This document shows positions 19,964-30,474 of a DNA stretch of 56,476 nt, one piece after another; the first letter of the stretch is position 1, and each line of letters begins with the position of its first letter. Below the pieces are notes generated by a model, which was given only the letters and a program-made list of their open reading frames with translations, made no database searches and was not told the origin of the DNA. This stretch comes from a virus (Duplodnaviria; Caudoviricetes), in IMG/VR virus record IMGVR_UViG_3300034096_000849, positions 1 through 56,476 of that record. One strand, written 5' to 3'. The translations under genes and the position numbers were made by a program.

Positions 19964-20295
19964 CCAAGCGGCTGCGCTGGTTTCGCAAGTGGGGCGCCGA
20001 GCTGGATGCCTTGCGAGTCGAAGCCAAGCGCGGCCGCAAGCGGCAGGGCTGGATCGAGTATCTGGCCCTGCCCGAGCTGCAACGAGACGAGGCCTGGTTC
20101 GAGAGCGCATTCCTCGAGCTGAGCGCGCAACGCGGCATGGGCTTCAGCGGGCCTGAGGCCCTCAAGTTTACCGAGATCGAGTCCTACCTGAGACTCGCCG
20201 ACGTCACCAGCTACGACTCGCGCCGCGAAGCCCTAACGATCCTCCTGGCCCTGGACCGCGACTACCTCAATGACCTCCGTCGAGCTCAAGATTGA
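19960..20295 (+). CDS. Tail assembly chaperone, frameshifted extension (gpT-like)
   Basis: -1 frame with AFLELSAQRGMGFSGPEALKFTEIESY. Confidence 0.8.
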   Translation, partial: VAKRLRWFRKWGAELDALRVEAKRGRKRQGWIEYLALPELQRDEAWFESAFLELSAQRGMGFSGPEALKFTEIESYLRLADVTSYDSRREALTILLALDRDYLNDLRRAQD

Positions 20296-23200
20296 CAGCC
20301 GGCCGGCGTCGGAGGGCATCGAGAGACTTAAGGGCAGCCTCGAGAGCGCGGCGAAAGCTGCTGACACTGCGCAGGCCGCGACCGAAAAGCTAGTCGAGGA
20401 GCTGATCGACACGGCGCAGGTGTCGAAGACCACGGCCACCAACCTAGAAGAGGTGGCGCAGGCCAGCAGGCGCACTGCTGAGCGGCAGAGAGACGCCGCA
20501 AGCAAGATCACGACCACGACCGATGCCGCTGCCAAGGCGTCAAGCGCCTACAAGGACACGACCGGGCGCTTGGTCGAGATGGACCGCAAGCTAGTCTCTG
20601 CCGGCAACTCGGCCCAGGTGATGGGCCAGAAGATCAGCGAGTCTGCCCAGGGCGGCATCGAAGACCTGAAGCGGATCGCGCTCCAAGCCGCTGCCGTAGC
20701 CGGTGCGTTTGTCGGAGTCCGCGCGTCTGTCGAGGCGTTCTCGGGCTTCGAGCGGACTCTTGCCCAGGTCGGATCCGTTGCCGGCGCAACCGAGGGTGAG
20801 CTGCGCCAGCTTGAAGCTGCGGCGCGCGAAGCCGGGGCTTCGACTGAGTTCTCCGCGCGCCAGGCGGGCGAGGGCCTGCTGCTGCTGGCACGTGCCGGCT
20901 TCACTTCGCAGCAGGCGATCCAGGCGCTACCCGGCGTGCTCAACTTGGCCATCGCCGACGCTGTGGAGCTTGGGGAAGCCGCGGACATTGCCGGCTCGGC
21001 GCTCAACATCTTCGGGCTCCAGGCGGCCGAGCTGAACCGCATCGCCGACGTGCTGGTGCAGACCAGCAACAAAAGCAACACGGGCGTGCGCCAGCTTGGC
21101 GAGGCGCTCTCGTACGTCGGTCCCATCGCCAAGGTTACGGGCCTGTCGATCGAAGAGACGGGCGCGCTTGTGGGCGTGCTTGGCAACGCCGGCATTCAGG
21201 CCAGCCGCGCTGGCACGGCGCTCTCGAACATCCTGCGCGGGCTGGCGAGCATCTCGGGGCCTGCCGCGGAGACGCTCCGCCGTCTTGGCCTGTCGCAGCG
21301 CGACGTGTCGCTCGAAAGCAACACGCTCGTTGAGGTTCTGCGCAAGCTGCGGGATGCGCAGATCGGGGCCTTCGACGCTGAGCAGCTATTCGGCGCCTAC
21401 GGTCAAGCCGCCGCGCTGGCGTTGTCGGCCAACGTCGAAAAGGTAGTCGAGCTGACGGCGGCCAACCGCGCCAGCGAGGGCGTGGCCGATGCTGCCGCCA
21501 AGGCTGTCGGCGACAACCTGACGGGCAGTTATCGAAACTTGCAGTCCGCAATCGAAGCGGCGCAGATCGAAATCGTTGGCGGGATCAACCCGGCGCTGCG
21601 CGGGCTCACGGACACCGCGACCGAGGCCGTGCGCGGCGTGTTTAATCTTGGCGACACGCTCGAAGAGACTGGCACTGGCGCCCGTGTGCTGGCGACCGGC
21701 CTTGCTGTGCTTACCGGCGTTGGCGGATTCGTGGGCCTCGTATCTGGAGCCAAGGGCGCCAACATCGCTCTGACCGCGCTCACGGCCACGATCAAGGCAA
21801 ACCCCTACACCGCCGCGGCGTCTGCGGTGCTGACGCTGGCTGGCGCTTATGCGACTTGGCGTGGCTCCATTAGTCAAGTCGATCAAGCCGTCATCGGCAA
21901 CGTCGCCCTGCTTGAGTCGCTAAAGGACGTGACTGCTGCGCTGCCGCGGCAGATCGCCAACTTCAATTCGTCGCTTGCCAGTGACGGCCAGGATGGGGCG
22001 CAGCAGCAGCTCCAAACCGTAATCCAACTGCTGGACATTGTGAAAACCCGCGCTGAGCAGGCGGGCACGGCAGTCAATCTCGACAACCTGGCAAAGCTGA
22101 CCGGCGGCGGCGACCTTGAGCGTTTCCTGCTTGAGCAGGAACGCCTCGCAGAGTCTCGCCTTATCGGCGCCCTCTCTGGCCCGATTCGATCCGAGAACTT
22201 TGACGCATTCCAAGCCGCGCTTGCTGACATTGGCGCGCAGGTCGAAACCATCGCCGAGTCCAACTTCGATCGCAAGGTTGATGAGCTAAAAAGCGCGGCT
22301 AGCCTGCTGCGCTCGGCCGAGGAAAACTTTGACCGCCAGCCGAACGCGGGCAACCTTGAGCGGCTTGAGGAGCGCAAAGAGCGCTTCCGCCTGGCGAGCC
22401 AGGAGCTTGCCTCCGAAATCGTCTCGGGCGTTCGCCTTGTCGCGCTCGACTCCGAAGCCTTTTCCGCCGCCGTCGAAGTCGTTAAGGGCCAACTCCGCGA
22501 GAGCTTTAACGCCGCGCCCGAGAACGGCCAGGCTCAAGGCGCTGGCCTGCCCCGCGGCGCATCCATCGGCGAGGAGCTGGACGAAGAGACTAAGAAGCGC
22601 GACAAGCTGCGCCAAGAGCTGAGCGCGTACCTGTCCGCGCAGCAGCTCGAGCTTGACCTGCTTAACCTGTCCGAGCGAGATCGGGCAATCGCAACGGCGC
22701 AGATCGAAGCGATGGCAAAGGCGATGGGCCTCGGCACCCAGGCCGCTATCGCCATCGGCGCGGCCAACGGGCTATTCGCTCGCCAGCTCTTCGATGCGAG
22801 GGACGATCTCTCGGCCTACAACGAGGCGCTCGCGCGGCAAGCGCAGCTTCAAGACGAGCAGGACAACGCGCGGCTTCGCGGCAAGCGCGCGCTGGCTGAA
22901 AACCTCGTCACTGTCCAGCAGGAGATCGACCTGCTCAAACTGGGCAACCGAGAGCGCTTCATCGAGCTGGAGCTGCTTCGCGCTCGCCAGCAGTTCGACG
23001 GGGCGCCGCTGGATGAACAAGACCAGGCCGAGCTTGAGCGGCTTCGCAAGGCGCTTGGAGAGCTTGCCGATGGCGATGCCGCGGCGCGCGCAGCCCAGAA
23101 CCTCTCCCGCTCTTTCGGCCAAGCATTCGCCGACATCATCCAGCAGGCCGAGAGCGCGAACGACATCCTGCGCGGGCTGTTCTCCAACCTGGGCAACCAA

Positions 23201-23659
23201 CTTATCTCCGGCTTTGCGGCGCAGGGGTTCCAGGCGTTCTTCACTGGCGCAGGATCGCCGATCGCTGGCGCCTTCGCCAGCGCAGCCGGAAACGCCAACG
23301 GCAACGCCTTCTCGAACGGCTCCGCTTCGCCGCTGCCCAACTGGACGATGGCTAAAGCCTTCGGGATGGGCGGCGTGTTCAGCGGACCGACGTTCTTGCA
23401 AGGAGCCCAGGGGCTCAACCTTTTCGGCGAAGCCGGGCTCGAGCTTGCGGCGCCGGCTGTGCGCAACGCCCGCGGGCAGGTCGCGATCTCGATCGCCGAC
23501 AACGTGCGGGCCATCGCTCAAGCGATGCAGCCGAACGTCACGGTCATCAACAACTTTTCCGGTGGCGCTGGCGGTCCCCGCTCCTCGAATGGCGTCGGCG
23601 GCCTGGGGCTGTCCGAGCGCCAAATGGTCAACAACGCGCTTCGCCGCGCCGCGATCTGA
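20270..23659 (+). CDS. Tape measure protein
   Basis: 1129 aa, Ala-rich helical, TP901-type core (TEFSARQAGEG, GIQASRAGT), C-terminal GGVFSGPT..GEAG.E. Confidence 0.95.
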   Translation: MTSVELKIDSRPASEGIERLKGSLESAAKAADTAQAATEKLVEELIDTAQVSKTTATNLEEVAQASRRTAERQRDAASKITTTTDAAAKASSAYKDTTGRLVEMDRKLVSAGNSAQVMGQKISESAQGGIEDLKRIALQAAAVAGAFVGVRASVEAFSGFERTLAQVGSVAGATEGELRQLEAAAREAGASTEFSARQAGEGLLLLARAGFTSQQAIQALPGVLNLAIADAVELGEAADIAGSALNIFGLQAAELNRIADVLVQTSNKSNTGVRQLGEALSYVGPIAKVTGLSIEETGALVGVLGNAGIQASRAGTALSNILRGLASISGPAAETLRRLGLSQRDVSLESNTLVEVLRKLRDAQIGAFDAEQLFGAYGQAAALALSANVEKVVELTAANRASEGVADAAAKAVGDNLTGSYRNLQSAIEAAQIEIVGGINPALRGLTDTATEAVRGVFNLGDTLEETGTGARVLATGLAVLTGVGGFVGLVSGAKGANIALTALTATIKANPYTAAASAVLTLAGAYATWRGSISQVDQAVIGNVALLESLKDVTAALPRQIANFNSSLASDGQDGAQQQLQTVIQLLDIVKTRAEQAGTAVNLDNLAKLTGGGDLERFLLEQERLAESRLIGALSGPIRSENFDAFQAALADIGAQVETIAESNFDRKVDELKSAASLLRSAEENFDRQPNAGNLERLEERKERFRLASQELASEIVSGVRLVALDSEAFSAAVEVVKGQLRESFNAAPENGQAQGAGLPRGASIGEELDEETKKRDKLRQELSAYLSAQQLELDLLNLSERDRAIATAQIEAMAKAMGLGTQAAIAIGAANGLFARQLFDARDDLSAYNEALARQAQLQDEQDNARLRGKRALAENLVTVQQEIDLLKLGNRERFIELELLRARQQFDGAPLDEQDQAELERLRKALGELADGDAAARAAQNLSRSFGQAFADIIQQAESANDILRGLFSNLGNQLISGFAAQGFQAFFTGAGSPIAGAFASAAGNANGNAFSNGSASPLPNWTMAKAFGMGGVFSGPTFLQGAQGLNLFGEAGLELAAPAVRNARGQVAISIADNVRAIAQAMQPNVTVINNFSGGAGGPRSSNGVGGLGLSERQMVNNALRRAAI

Positions 23660-24615
23660 TGGGCTTTCACGAAGTCAGCTTCCCGCTTCCGCTCGCCTAT
23701 GGCACCAGCGCAGGCCCCGGCTACAGCTCCTCCGTGGTTCAGCTTCGCAGCGGGGCCACGCAGCGAGTCGCAACGTGGGAGGATCCGTTGCACGTCTACG
23801 ACGCGCTGGACGCTGTGCGCGACGAGGCGTCCATGTCCACGCTCAAAGCGTTCTACATTGCGCGGCGCGGCGCGCTCAACGGTTTCAGGCTTAAGGACCC
23901 CGGCGACTATTCGACGGGCGCCAATGACCGGGGCGCGCCTTCCGCTGGCGACGTGCTGCTCGGCTACGGGGACGGCTCCAACACCGAGTTTCAGTTGGTC
24001 AAGCGCTACAACCCGGCCACGGATTACGAGTGGGAGCGGACGATTCGCAAGCCGGCATCCGGTTCTGTGCTTGTGTCTGTCGCCGGCGTGACGACCTCGG
24101 GCTTTACCCTCGACACGACCACTGGCAAGGTCACGCTGTCCACGCCTCCGGCGAATGGCGCGGCCGTACGCGCGGGCTTCCAATTCGACGTGCCGGTCTT
24201 CTTTGCCCCCGAAGCTGACCGGCTGCTGTCGATCAGCTTTGCCCAGTTCAACGACCATCGCGTGCAGGTGCCGATGATCGAAGACCGGGCCGACTATCAG
24301 ACGCCTGCCGGCTACTTGTACGGGCAGGCTCAAGAGTCGTTTAACCCTGGGGCGGACATCCAGGTCTCGCCGCTTGTCGCGCGGCTGTGGATCATTTCGG
24401 GCAGCGTAAGCAACGGCGCCGGCTGGCGACTGCCTAACGCATCCGGGCTCAAGCTGGGCGGGCCTCTGTTTGCGCTGTCGAATCAGACCTCTGATTTGCT
24501 GGCAATCCGCGACGCAAGCGGCACTCTTGTGCAGACTATCCCCGGGCTGACGACCTATCAGGTGTATTTGGGCCAGTTGGCGTCGGGGCAAAAACGCTGG
24601 GTGTTTGCCCGATGA
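23659..24615 (+). CDS. Distal tail protein (DUF2460, GTA-like) with C-terminal extension
   Basis: FHEVSFP, ARRG..GFRLKD, GDG..TEFQLVKRY, AGFQFDVPV. Confidence 0.9.
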   Translation: MGFHEVSFPLPLAYGTSAGPGYSSSVVQLRSGATQRVATWEDPLHVYDALDAVRDEASMSTLKAFYIARRGALNGFRLKDPGDYSTGANDRGAPSAGDVLLGYGDGSNTEFQLVKRYNPATDYEWERTIRKPASGSVLVSVAGVTTSGFTLDTTTGKVTLSTPPANGAAVRAGFQFDVPVFFAPEADRLLSISFAQFNDHRVQVPMIEDRADYQTPAGYLYGQAQESFNPGADIQVSPLVARLWIISGSVSNGAGWRLPNASGLKLGGPLFALSNQTSDLLAIRDASGTLVQTIPGLTTYQVYLGQLASGQKRWVFAR

Positions 24616-26057
24616 AAGCCGGCGAATACTACGGCGGGTGGATGATCGTCTCTGGGCGGGATGATCTGGTGGTCATCCCCGGGCGGCGATTCGTTGACGT
24701 GGACTGCGGCGGCGGCGAGATTCCGCTTGTGCTGCCGGATCCGCAAGACTTGGCGCCTGGTCTGGAGCACTGGCGTATCTTCGTCCGCAACGGCTCGCTG
24801 AGCTTCGGCAACGTCGTTTTCGAGCCCCCGGCCCTGCCCGTGGACTTCGGCGGCGGAGTCGTGGTGCTGCTTCAACCAATCAACGCCGCGGGCGACTTCG
24901 AACTCCGCGACAACGTGACCGGCTTCGATACCGTGCTGCAATCTCAGACCCGCGGCACGGTCTCGCCTTTCGTCGTGCGCGACGGGGCCGAGCAGCTCAT
25001 GCTGTTCCAGGAGGGCGAGCTAGTCGAGGAAGGCACGGCATCGGCCGGCCAGTGGCTCAGCGTCAGCTTCGCCGGCTACCAAGGCGGGGCGCCGCGCTGG
25101 GTCTATCAGGTGGGCGACTACACCGACGCCAAGGCGCTCGATAGCACGCCGGGGCTGGTGTTCTCGCACGGCATTGACGGTGCTGCTGCGCCGAACAACC
25201 AGGCTTTCCGTTTTGATGCGGGCCTCGCGTCGTGGCGCAATCTCCCCGCTGCGCCGACGAATCGCGCAGAGGCGCATGCATTCGCTCTGCCGGCAAGCGG
25301 CCAGGATTGGCACTTCGTGTGCGGGGGAGACGGGCCGCTAAGCAGCGCCGAGCGCTACCTGCTCGACACCTGGGGCACCATGACGGCGCTGCCCGCTGCA
25401 ATCACCGGCGGGGCATCGTGGGACGCCAACGCGCTGGGCTATGTCCACGGCGGGGTGGGGCAGAGCGGCAAACTCAGGGAGTTCCTGGCGACGGCCGGCT
25501 TCGGCGCATGGACTGAGCGCTCGACCTCGTTGCAGGCGCGGGTCTCGCACACCGGGGGACGACTCGGCGGCGCGCCGCTGCCGTTCGGTTACCTGTCCGG
25601 CGGCGCCATGGGGCAGGATGCATCGCTGGTGCAGCGTTACCAGTCTGGACTCGATGCCTGGGGCCTCGCGCCGCATCGGCCGAGCGGCACGGCGATCGGG
25701 GTCTCCAGCGCGGCCTACGTCTCGGACCAGGGCGTCGGCTGCCGGGTGTTCCTGGGCGGCCGGCATCAGTGGCAGGGGACCGACCTCGCCGATGGATCGC
25801 GGCAGGCCTGGGAGCTGTCGGCCTCTCCGGTCGAGGGCTGGCGCTCGCTCCCGTCTGCGCCCGCTGTTGTGGCGCGCGCCGCGGGGGCCGGACCTGGCGT
25901 CGGCGGCCGGGTCTACTTCGCCGCAGGCGGCCTGAGCAATCCCATCTCCGCTGCCTGGAGTTACGGGCCGCTGGAAACCTGGAGGGCTGAGCCTAGCGCG
26001 CCGGCTCCGCGGACGGGTATCTCCCAACATGGCACCTCGGGGAGGAGCCAGGCATGA
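24612..26057 (+). CDS. Kelch-like beta-propeller protein
   Basis: Repeated GG...Y/F...W...P spacing in the C-terminal two thirds. Confidence 0.65.
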   Translation: MKAGEYYGGWMIVSGRDDLVVIPGRRFVDVDCGGGEIPLVLPDPQDLAPGLEHWRIFVRNGSLSFGNVVFEPPALPVDFGGGVVVLLQPINAAGDFELRDNVTGFDTVLQSQTRGTVSPFVVRDGAEQLMLFQEGELVEEGTASAGQWLSVSFAGYQGGAPRWVYQVGDYTDAKALDSTPGLVFSHGIDGAAAPNNQAFRFDAGLASWRNLPAAPTNRAEAHAFALPASGQDWHFVCGGDGPLSSAERYLLDTWGTMTALPAAITGGASWDANALGYVHGGVGQSGKLREFLATAGFGAWTERSTSLQARVSHTGGRLGGAPLPFGYLSGGAMGQDASLVQRYQSGLDAWGLAPHRPSGTAIGVSSAAYVSDQGVGCRVFLGGRHQWQGTDLADGSRQAWELSASPVEGWRSLPSAPAVVARAAGAGPGVGGRVYFAAGGLSNPISAAWSYGPLETWRAEPSAPAPRTGISQHGTSGRSQA

Positions 26058-26671
26058 CCAGCCACACGCTCGCAGAGATGCTCCAGGACCTCCGGCGGAT
26101 GAACTCTGCCTGGGAGGTCGATCAGGTCGTCCTGCTGCCGCAGGCGGCCACGCCGTGGGGCCTGTACCGCCAGATCCTCCGGGAGATCGACGCTCGCCGC
26201 GGGGCGATCCGGGACCAGGCGATTGCGGCCGAGGGCCATCGCCGGGGCGCCCTGTGGGCGGCGCTCACGCTGAGGCCCCTGCGCGCGCGCGGGCTGCGCC
26301 TGGCCGCTCAGGAGGCTGAGAGGCATGCCCAGGAGCTGGCGTCGATCCTAGCGCATCTGGAAGCGCGGGCGCGGGCTGTTCGCCTGATGCTGCCCGAGCG
26401 CCTAGACGATCGAGCCGTTGCCCAGCTCGAGGCTGAGGATGGCATCGCCAGGCTGGCTCGCAGCGTGCGCGCGGCCGCTGCCCGTGGGATGCTGCCGGCC
26501 CAGGAGATCGAGCAGGCTATCGCCGCGCTGCCGGCACCGATGCGCGGGCGCGTCCAGGAGCTCGCGGCGCCCGGGGCTGATTCCTGGCGCGAGAGCTGGC
26601 TGGTGCAGGTCCACGAGGCGCCTGGGCTGCCCGCGGTCGAGCCGCGGCGCGCACTGGAGGCGGCATGGTGA
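26054..26671 (+). CDS. Hypothetical helical protein
   Basis: ATGA-coupled ORF in the tail operon; TPWGLYRQ. Confidence 0.6.
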   Translation: MTSHTLAEMLQDLRRMNSAWEVDQVVLLPQAATPWGLYRQILREIDARRGAIRDQAIAAEGHRRGALWAALTLRPLRARGLRLAAQEAERHAQELASILAHLEARARAVRLMLPERLDDRAVAQLEAEDGIARLARSVRAAAARGMLPAQEIEQAIAALPAPMRGRVQELAAPGADSWRESWLVQVHEAPGLPAVEPRRALEAAW

Positions 26672-27525
26672 CCCTGGCGCCCAAGAGTCTGCGGGACGAG
26701 CTGCTGGCCACCTTCGCGCACCGGCACGCGCGGCTCTACCGGATCGCGCGCCGGGATGGCGTGGTGATTCGCCTCACCGAGCACTCTGCGCCGATCGAGT
26801 TCGACGGCGAGCAGTATCTGCCGACGCAATCGGCCAACGCCTCGGCCGCGATTTCGCGCGCCGGCCTGGCCGAGACCAGCCTAGACACGCAAGGCGCCAT
26901 CACCTCCGACCTCATCACCGAGGCCGACCTAAGGGCCGGGCGATACCGCGGCGCCGAGGTGTTGGAGATTCTGGTGGACTTCCGCTTTCCGTTCCTTGGC
27001 GCGCTCGAAGTCAACCGCACGTGGGTCGAAGCAACCAAGCAGGACGGCGCCATTTGGCAAGCGCAATGCGGCGGCATCGGCTCGCGGCTCAAGCGCAAGG
27101 TCGGGCGCTACCTAGAGAAGAGCTGCTGGAAGGTCTTGGGCGATCCGCTGACCTGCAAGCTCGACATCGTGCCGCTGTCGAACTACTACGCGCCGATCTC
27201 GCACGTGCTGGACCCGCGGAGCTTCCGAGTCCAGGATCTTGGCAACACTCGGCCGCTCGGCTGGTTTGCTTACGGCTCCGCGATATTCCGCAGCGGGCCG
27301 AACGATGGCATTGAGTTGCTCATCCAGTCCTACGACAACGCCAACCAACTCATTGTCCTGGCTCAGCAGCCGCCGTTCGCGCTCCAAGTCGGCCACCGAG
27401 TGGACCTAATCGTTGGCTGCAACCGTACACAAGCAAAGTGCAACAGCTTAGGCAACTACATCAACTTCGGAGGCCTGCCGTTCCTGCCCACGACGGACGA
27501 GCAGATCAAGCCGGCAACGAACTGA
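26665..27525 (+). CDS. Baseplate hub protein (DUF2163/BR0599, GTA-like)
   Basis: RRDGVV.RLTEH, ITEADLRAGRY, C...LGD..C, GC......C...GNYINFGGLP. Confidence 0.9.
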   Translation: MVTLAPKSLRDELLATFAHRHARLYRIARRDGVVIRLTEHSAPIEFDGEQYLPTQSANASAAISRAGLAETSLDTQGAITSDLITEADLRAGRYRGAEVLEILVDFRFPFLGALEVNRTWVEATKQDGAIWQAQCGGIGSRLKRKVGRYLEKSCWKVLGDPLTCKLDIVPLSNYYAPISHVLDPRSFRVQDLGNTRPLGWFAYGSAIFRSGPNDGIELLIQSYDNANQLIVLAQQPPFALQVGHRVDLIVGCNRTQAKCNSLGNYINFGGLPFLPTTDEQIKPATN

Positions 27526-27944
27526 TCGACGCGGCCACCGGCGAGGCGATCGCGGCGGCTGCCGTGCGCCTTGTCGGCGCGCCGTTCCAGCATCAAGGCC
27601 GGGATCCGCAGTTTGGCCTCGATTGCGCGGGCGTGGTTATCGCCGCGCTGCAAGCTGTCGGCCTGACGATCAAGAACGAGGAAGCCTATCGCATGGACCC
27701 ATCTGCCTTCGTCTTGATGCGTAGCTTGCTCGCAACGTGCGTGCCGGTCGAATCGCCGCGCGCGGGCGACGTGCTTGCGCTGCGCACGAACGGCTCGGAG
27801 CCAAAGCACCTTGCCGTGGTGGTCGATCATTCGAGCATCGTCCACGTCTTCGGCCGATGCTCGCGTGTGCGGCTCGATTCGATTGCCACCTGGTGGCCCA
27901 ACGTTCATTCCATCTGGAGGCCCAAATGGCGTCCATCGCTCTAG
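27522..27944 (+). CDS. NlpC/P60 tail-associated peptidase
   Basis: PFQHQGR..GLDCAG, GDVL, HLAV, IVH; probable CTG start. Confidence 0.85.
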   Translation: MIDAATGEAIAAAAVRLVGAPFQHQGRDPQFGLDCAGVVIAALQAVGLTIKNEEAYRMDPSAFVLMRSLLATCVPVESPRAGDVLALRTNGSEPKHLAVVVDHSSIVHVFGRCSRVRLDSIATWWPNVHSIWRPKWRPSL

Positions 27945-29611
27945 TCGCTGCTCTCGGCACTTCGACCGCTGGCCTCACTGGCGGCGCGCTTACTGGCGCG
28001 ATTCTGACCAACCTTGGCCTGTCGGTCGCCGGCTCGATCCTTGACCAGACGGTCATCTTCCCCGCGCTGTTCCCGCGTGAAGCGCAGGACGGCCAGCGCG
28101 TGGACGATTGGCCGATTGGCCAGAGCTTCGAGGGCGCGCCGATGGGCTGGGTCGATGGCACGGCGCGGATCGAGGGCGTGCCGATTTACCTTGGCGAGCC
28201 GGTCGAGGAACAGGTGACGATCGGTGGCGGCAAGGCCGGCCCCGATTCGACGCAGTTCCGCTACAAGCGGGACGTGGTGGTGCTGTTCTCGAGCGACGTG
28301 CCGCCGCAGGGTGGGATCATCACGGATCTGTGGATCAACGGCGAGCGGGTGTTCCAGCTTTCGCCGGATATCAACCTCGCTTCAAACCAGATTAGCGCGA
28401 CCACCTCCGTTAACCCTGGGACGAACAACAGCAAACCGTACGCTTATCTGAGGGTGACTTCTCCGCCGTCTGGACCGAACCTTGCCTTGCTCCAGATCGG
28501 CTACCCTGTGACGGTTTCCGGATTCGCTCATCCTGGAAACAACTTCACTACTGGCACGGACCAGTTCGATGTCACGCTACAGCAAGTCTTCACCGACAAG
28601 CAGGGGAACCGTATCGCCGTATTCGCCAAGCAGCTATTTCTTGCCGGCAGCCCGAACCCCTTCGCCGCCGCCACCGCTGGCCCCACGATCACGATTTCGC
28701 AGGACTTGCCCCAACTCGTGCCCGATGTTGCCGAGTCGCTCGAACTCTACACCGGCGAGCAGCTCCAGGGCGCAGACCCGTACATCGAGGCCGCTGTTGG
28801 CAGCGGCAACGTGCCGAGCTACGAGGGCCTGGTGTGCATGCGCTTCGGCGGGCTAAACATGACCCGCTATGGCAACGGCGTTGCTCAGTATCAGGCCATC
28901 GTCCTGACGATCAGCCCGACGAATCTCGGCGAGCACATCGGCCGGGTGATGAAGCGGGCTGGCATCCAAGCGGGTCTATTCGACACGTTCGGCATGGCCG
29001 GCAATTTCATCGGCGCCGTGGCGCGTGGCCCGCAGGAGGCGAGCGCGCTTCTCGGCACTGCGCTCCAGGCGACCAACAACGTCGCTGCCGAGGTCGATGG
29101 CCGCCTCATCTTCAAGCGCCGGCCTGTGCTGGTGGATTACGAGCTGGCGGCTGACGAGCTGGGCGCTGTCGAGGTCGGCCAAGCGATCCCCGCTGCGCCT
29201 TTCCCGATCGACGATGCCGGCCCGCTTAGCCTGCCGCGCGCGGTCACGGTGCAGCACATGGACCCCAATCTTGAGTACCAGACCGGGGCACCGCGGCAGT
29301 TTTCGCCGCCTGGCAGCGAGGGCGAAGAGCTGAAGCTCAGCCTGCGCACCTGGGCCATGACACGGCAGGATGCGGCGAAAGCCGGTTGGAGCGCCGTGTG
29401 GAATGCGCAGAGCACGCGCCAGTCTGTGCGCTTTACGCTCCCGCCTTCGCGGCGAATGATTCGGCCTGGGCACCTGGTCTCGCTGCCTGTCGATGGCGGG
29501 GCGCCGCTCCGCGTGTTGATCCAAGAGCGCACGGCCGGGATCAACGGCATCCTCGAGTTCGTGGGCGTTGTCGAATCGCCCGAGGTCCACCTGTTCACCC
29601 CAGCCGCATGA
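27926..29611 (+). CDS. Tail tip / host-specificity protein, N-terminal part
   Basis: GT.RI.G, GGKAGP, LYTG...Q..DP.IEA..G..NVPSYEG, LPR.VTV...D...YQ. Confidence 0.8.
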   Translation: MASIALVAALGTSTAGLTGGALTGAILTNLGLSVAGSILDQTVIFPALFPREAQDGQRVDDWPIGQSFEGAPMGWVDGTARIEGVPIYLGEPVEEQVTIGGGKAGPDSTQFRYKRDVVVLFSSDVPPQGGIITDLWINGERVFQLSPDINLASNQISATTSVNPGTNNSKPYAYLRVTSPPSGPNLALLQIGYPVTVSGFAHPGNNFTTGTDQFDVTLQQVFTDKQGNRIAVFAKQLFLAGSPNPFAAATAGPTITISQDLPQLVPDVAESLELYTGEQLQGADPYIEAAVGSGNVPSYEGLVCMRFGGLNMTRYGNGVAQYQAIVLTISPTNLGEHIGRVMKRAGIQAGLFDTFGMAGNFIGAVARGPQEASALLGTALQATNNVAAEVDGRLIFKRRPVLVDYELAADELGAVEVGQAIPAAPFPIDDAGPLSLPRAVTVQHMDPNLEYQTGAPRQFSPPGSEGEELKLSLRTWAMTRQDAAKAGWSAVWNAQSTRQSVRFTLPPSRRMIRPGHLVSLPVDGGAPLRVLIQERTAGINGILEFVGVVESPEVHLFTPAA

Positions 29612-30474
29612 TCGCCACCTATCCGCAGACTCCGCACGTCGTGGTCTGCGATCTGCCCCACGGCCCCGAAATGTCGATGCGCATCGGGTGCGCGACGCCA
29701 AGGCATGCTCAGGCGCGCAAGCCGTCGGCCGTGTTCCTGCGCCGTGCAGATGGCGCGGGCTGGGAGCACGTCGAAACCACGTCGGGGCAGGCTGTCATCG
29801 GCGAGGTGGTGGACTTCGCGGACGTGTCGAAGCCGTACCAAGGCGAGTGCACAGTCGATTCGGCCTCGCGGCTTCGCGTGCGCCTGTTCGCAGGCCGGCT
29901 CTACTCGACCCCGATCGTGGACGCGGTTCTCGGCGCGTCGATGCTCATGGTCGGGTCTGAGCTGCTGGCGTTCACTAAGGCCGAGCAGATCGAGTCCTCC
30001 GAGTGGATGCTGTCCGGCATGGTGCGCGGCCTCAGGGACACCTCGACCTCTTGCGGCGGCCACATGCCGAGCGAGCCCGTGATGCTTATGTCCTCGGCAT
30101 CGGTGCGCATCCCCTATGACCCGAGTCAGGTGGGCCAGCGCTGGGCGATCAAGGCCGCGGCCGCCGGCCAGTCGCTCGCGGACGTGCCGATCGTTTGGGA
30201 GGGCGTCTTGTCCGGCGCCAGCGGGGTGCCGATGCGCCCGGCGATCATTGACGGCCGGCCCGTGGCGCGGTCTCGCTGGGTCGGTACCTGCTACGACGAT
30301 CGGACCGAGCTGCCTGCGTCGGAGATCGTGGAGCGTTGGGAGTGGTCGATCGCAGGCGGGCGGCCGATCGTGCGCCAGATCGGTGCGATGGGCGCGGGGC
30401 GCTGGACCGAGCGCGATGCGCCGTGGGTGTGTCTGCTGCCGCGCGAGCCGGCCCCGCTCAGCGCCCCGCGATGA
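29608..30474 (+). CDS. Tail tip protein, C-terminal part (GTA Rcc01698-like)
   Basis: VLGA...VGSELLAF..A......W.LSG..RGLRDT. Confidence 0.7.
   Translation: MIATYPQTPHVVVCDLPHGPEMSMRIGCATPRHAQARKPSAVFLRRADGAGWEHVETTSGQAVIGEVVDFADVSKPYQGECTVDSASRLRVRLFAGRLYSTPIVDAVLGASMLMVGSELLAFTKAEQIESSEWMLSGMVRGLRDTSTSCGGHMPSEPVMLMSSASVRIPYDPSQVGQRWAIKAAAAGQSLADVPIVWEGVLSGASGVPMRPAIIDGRPVARSRWVGTCYDDRTELPASEIVERWEWSIAGGRPIVRQIGAMGAGRWTERDAPWVCLLPREPAPLSAPR

Noticed and set aside
20270-30474. Gene transfer agent cluster
   Set aside because: GTA-like baseplate genes, but embedded in a full phage with integrase, repressor and replication genes
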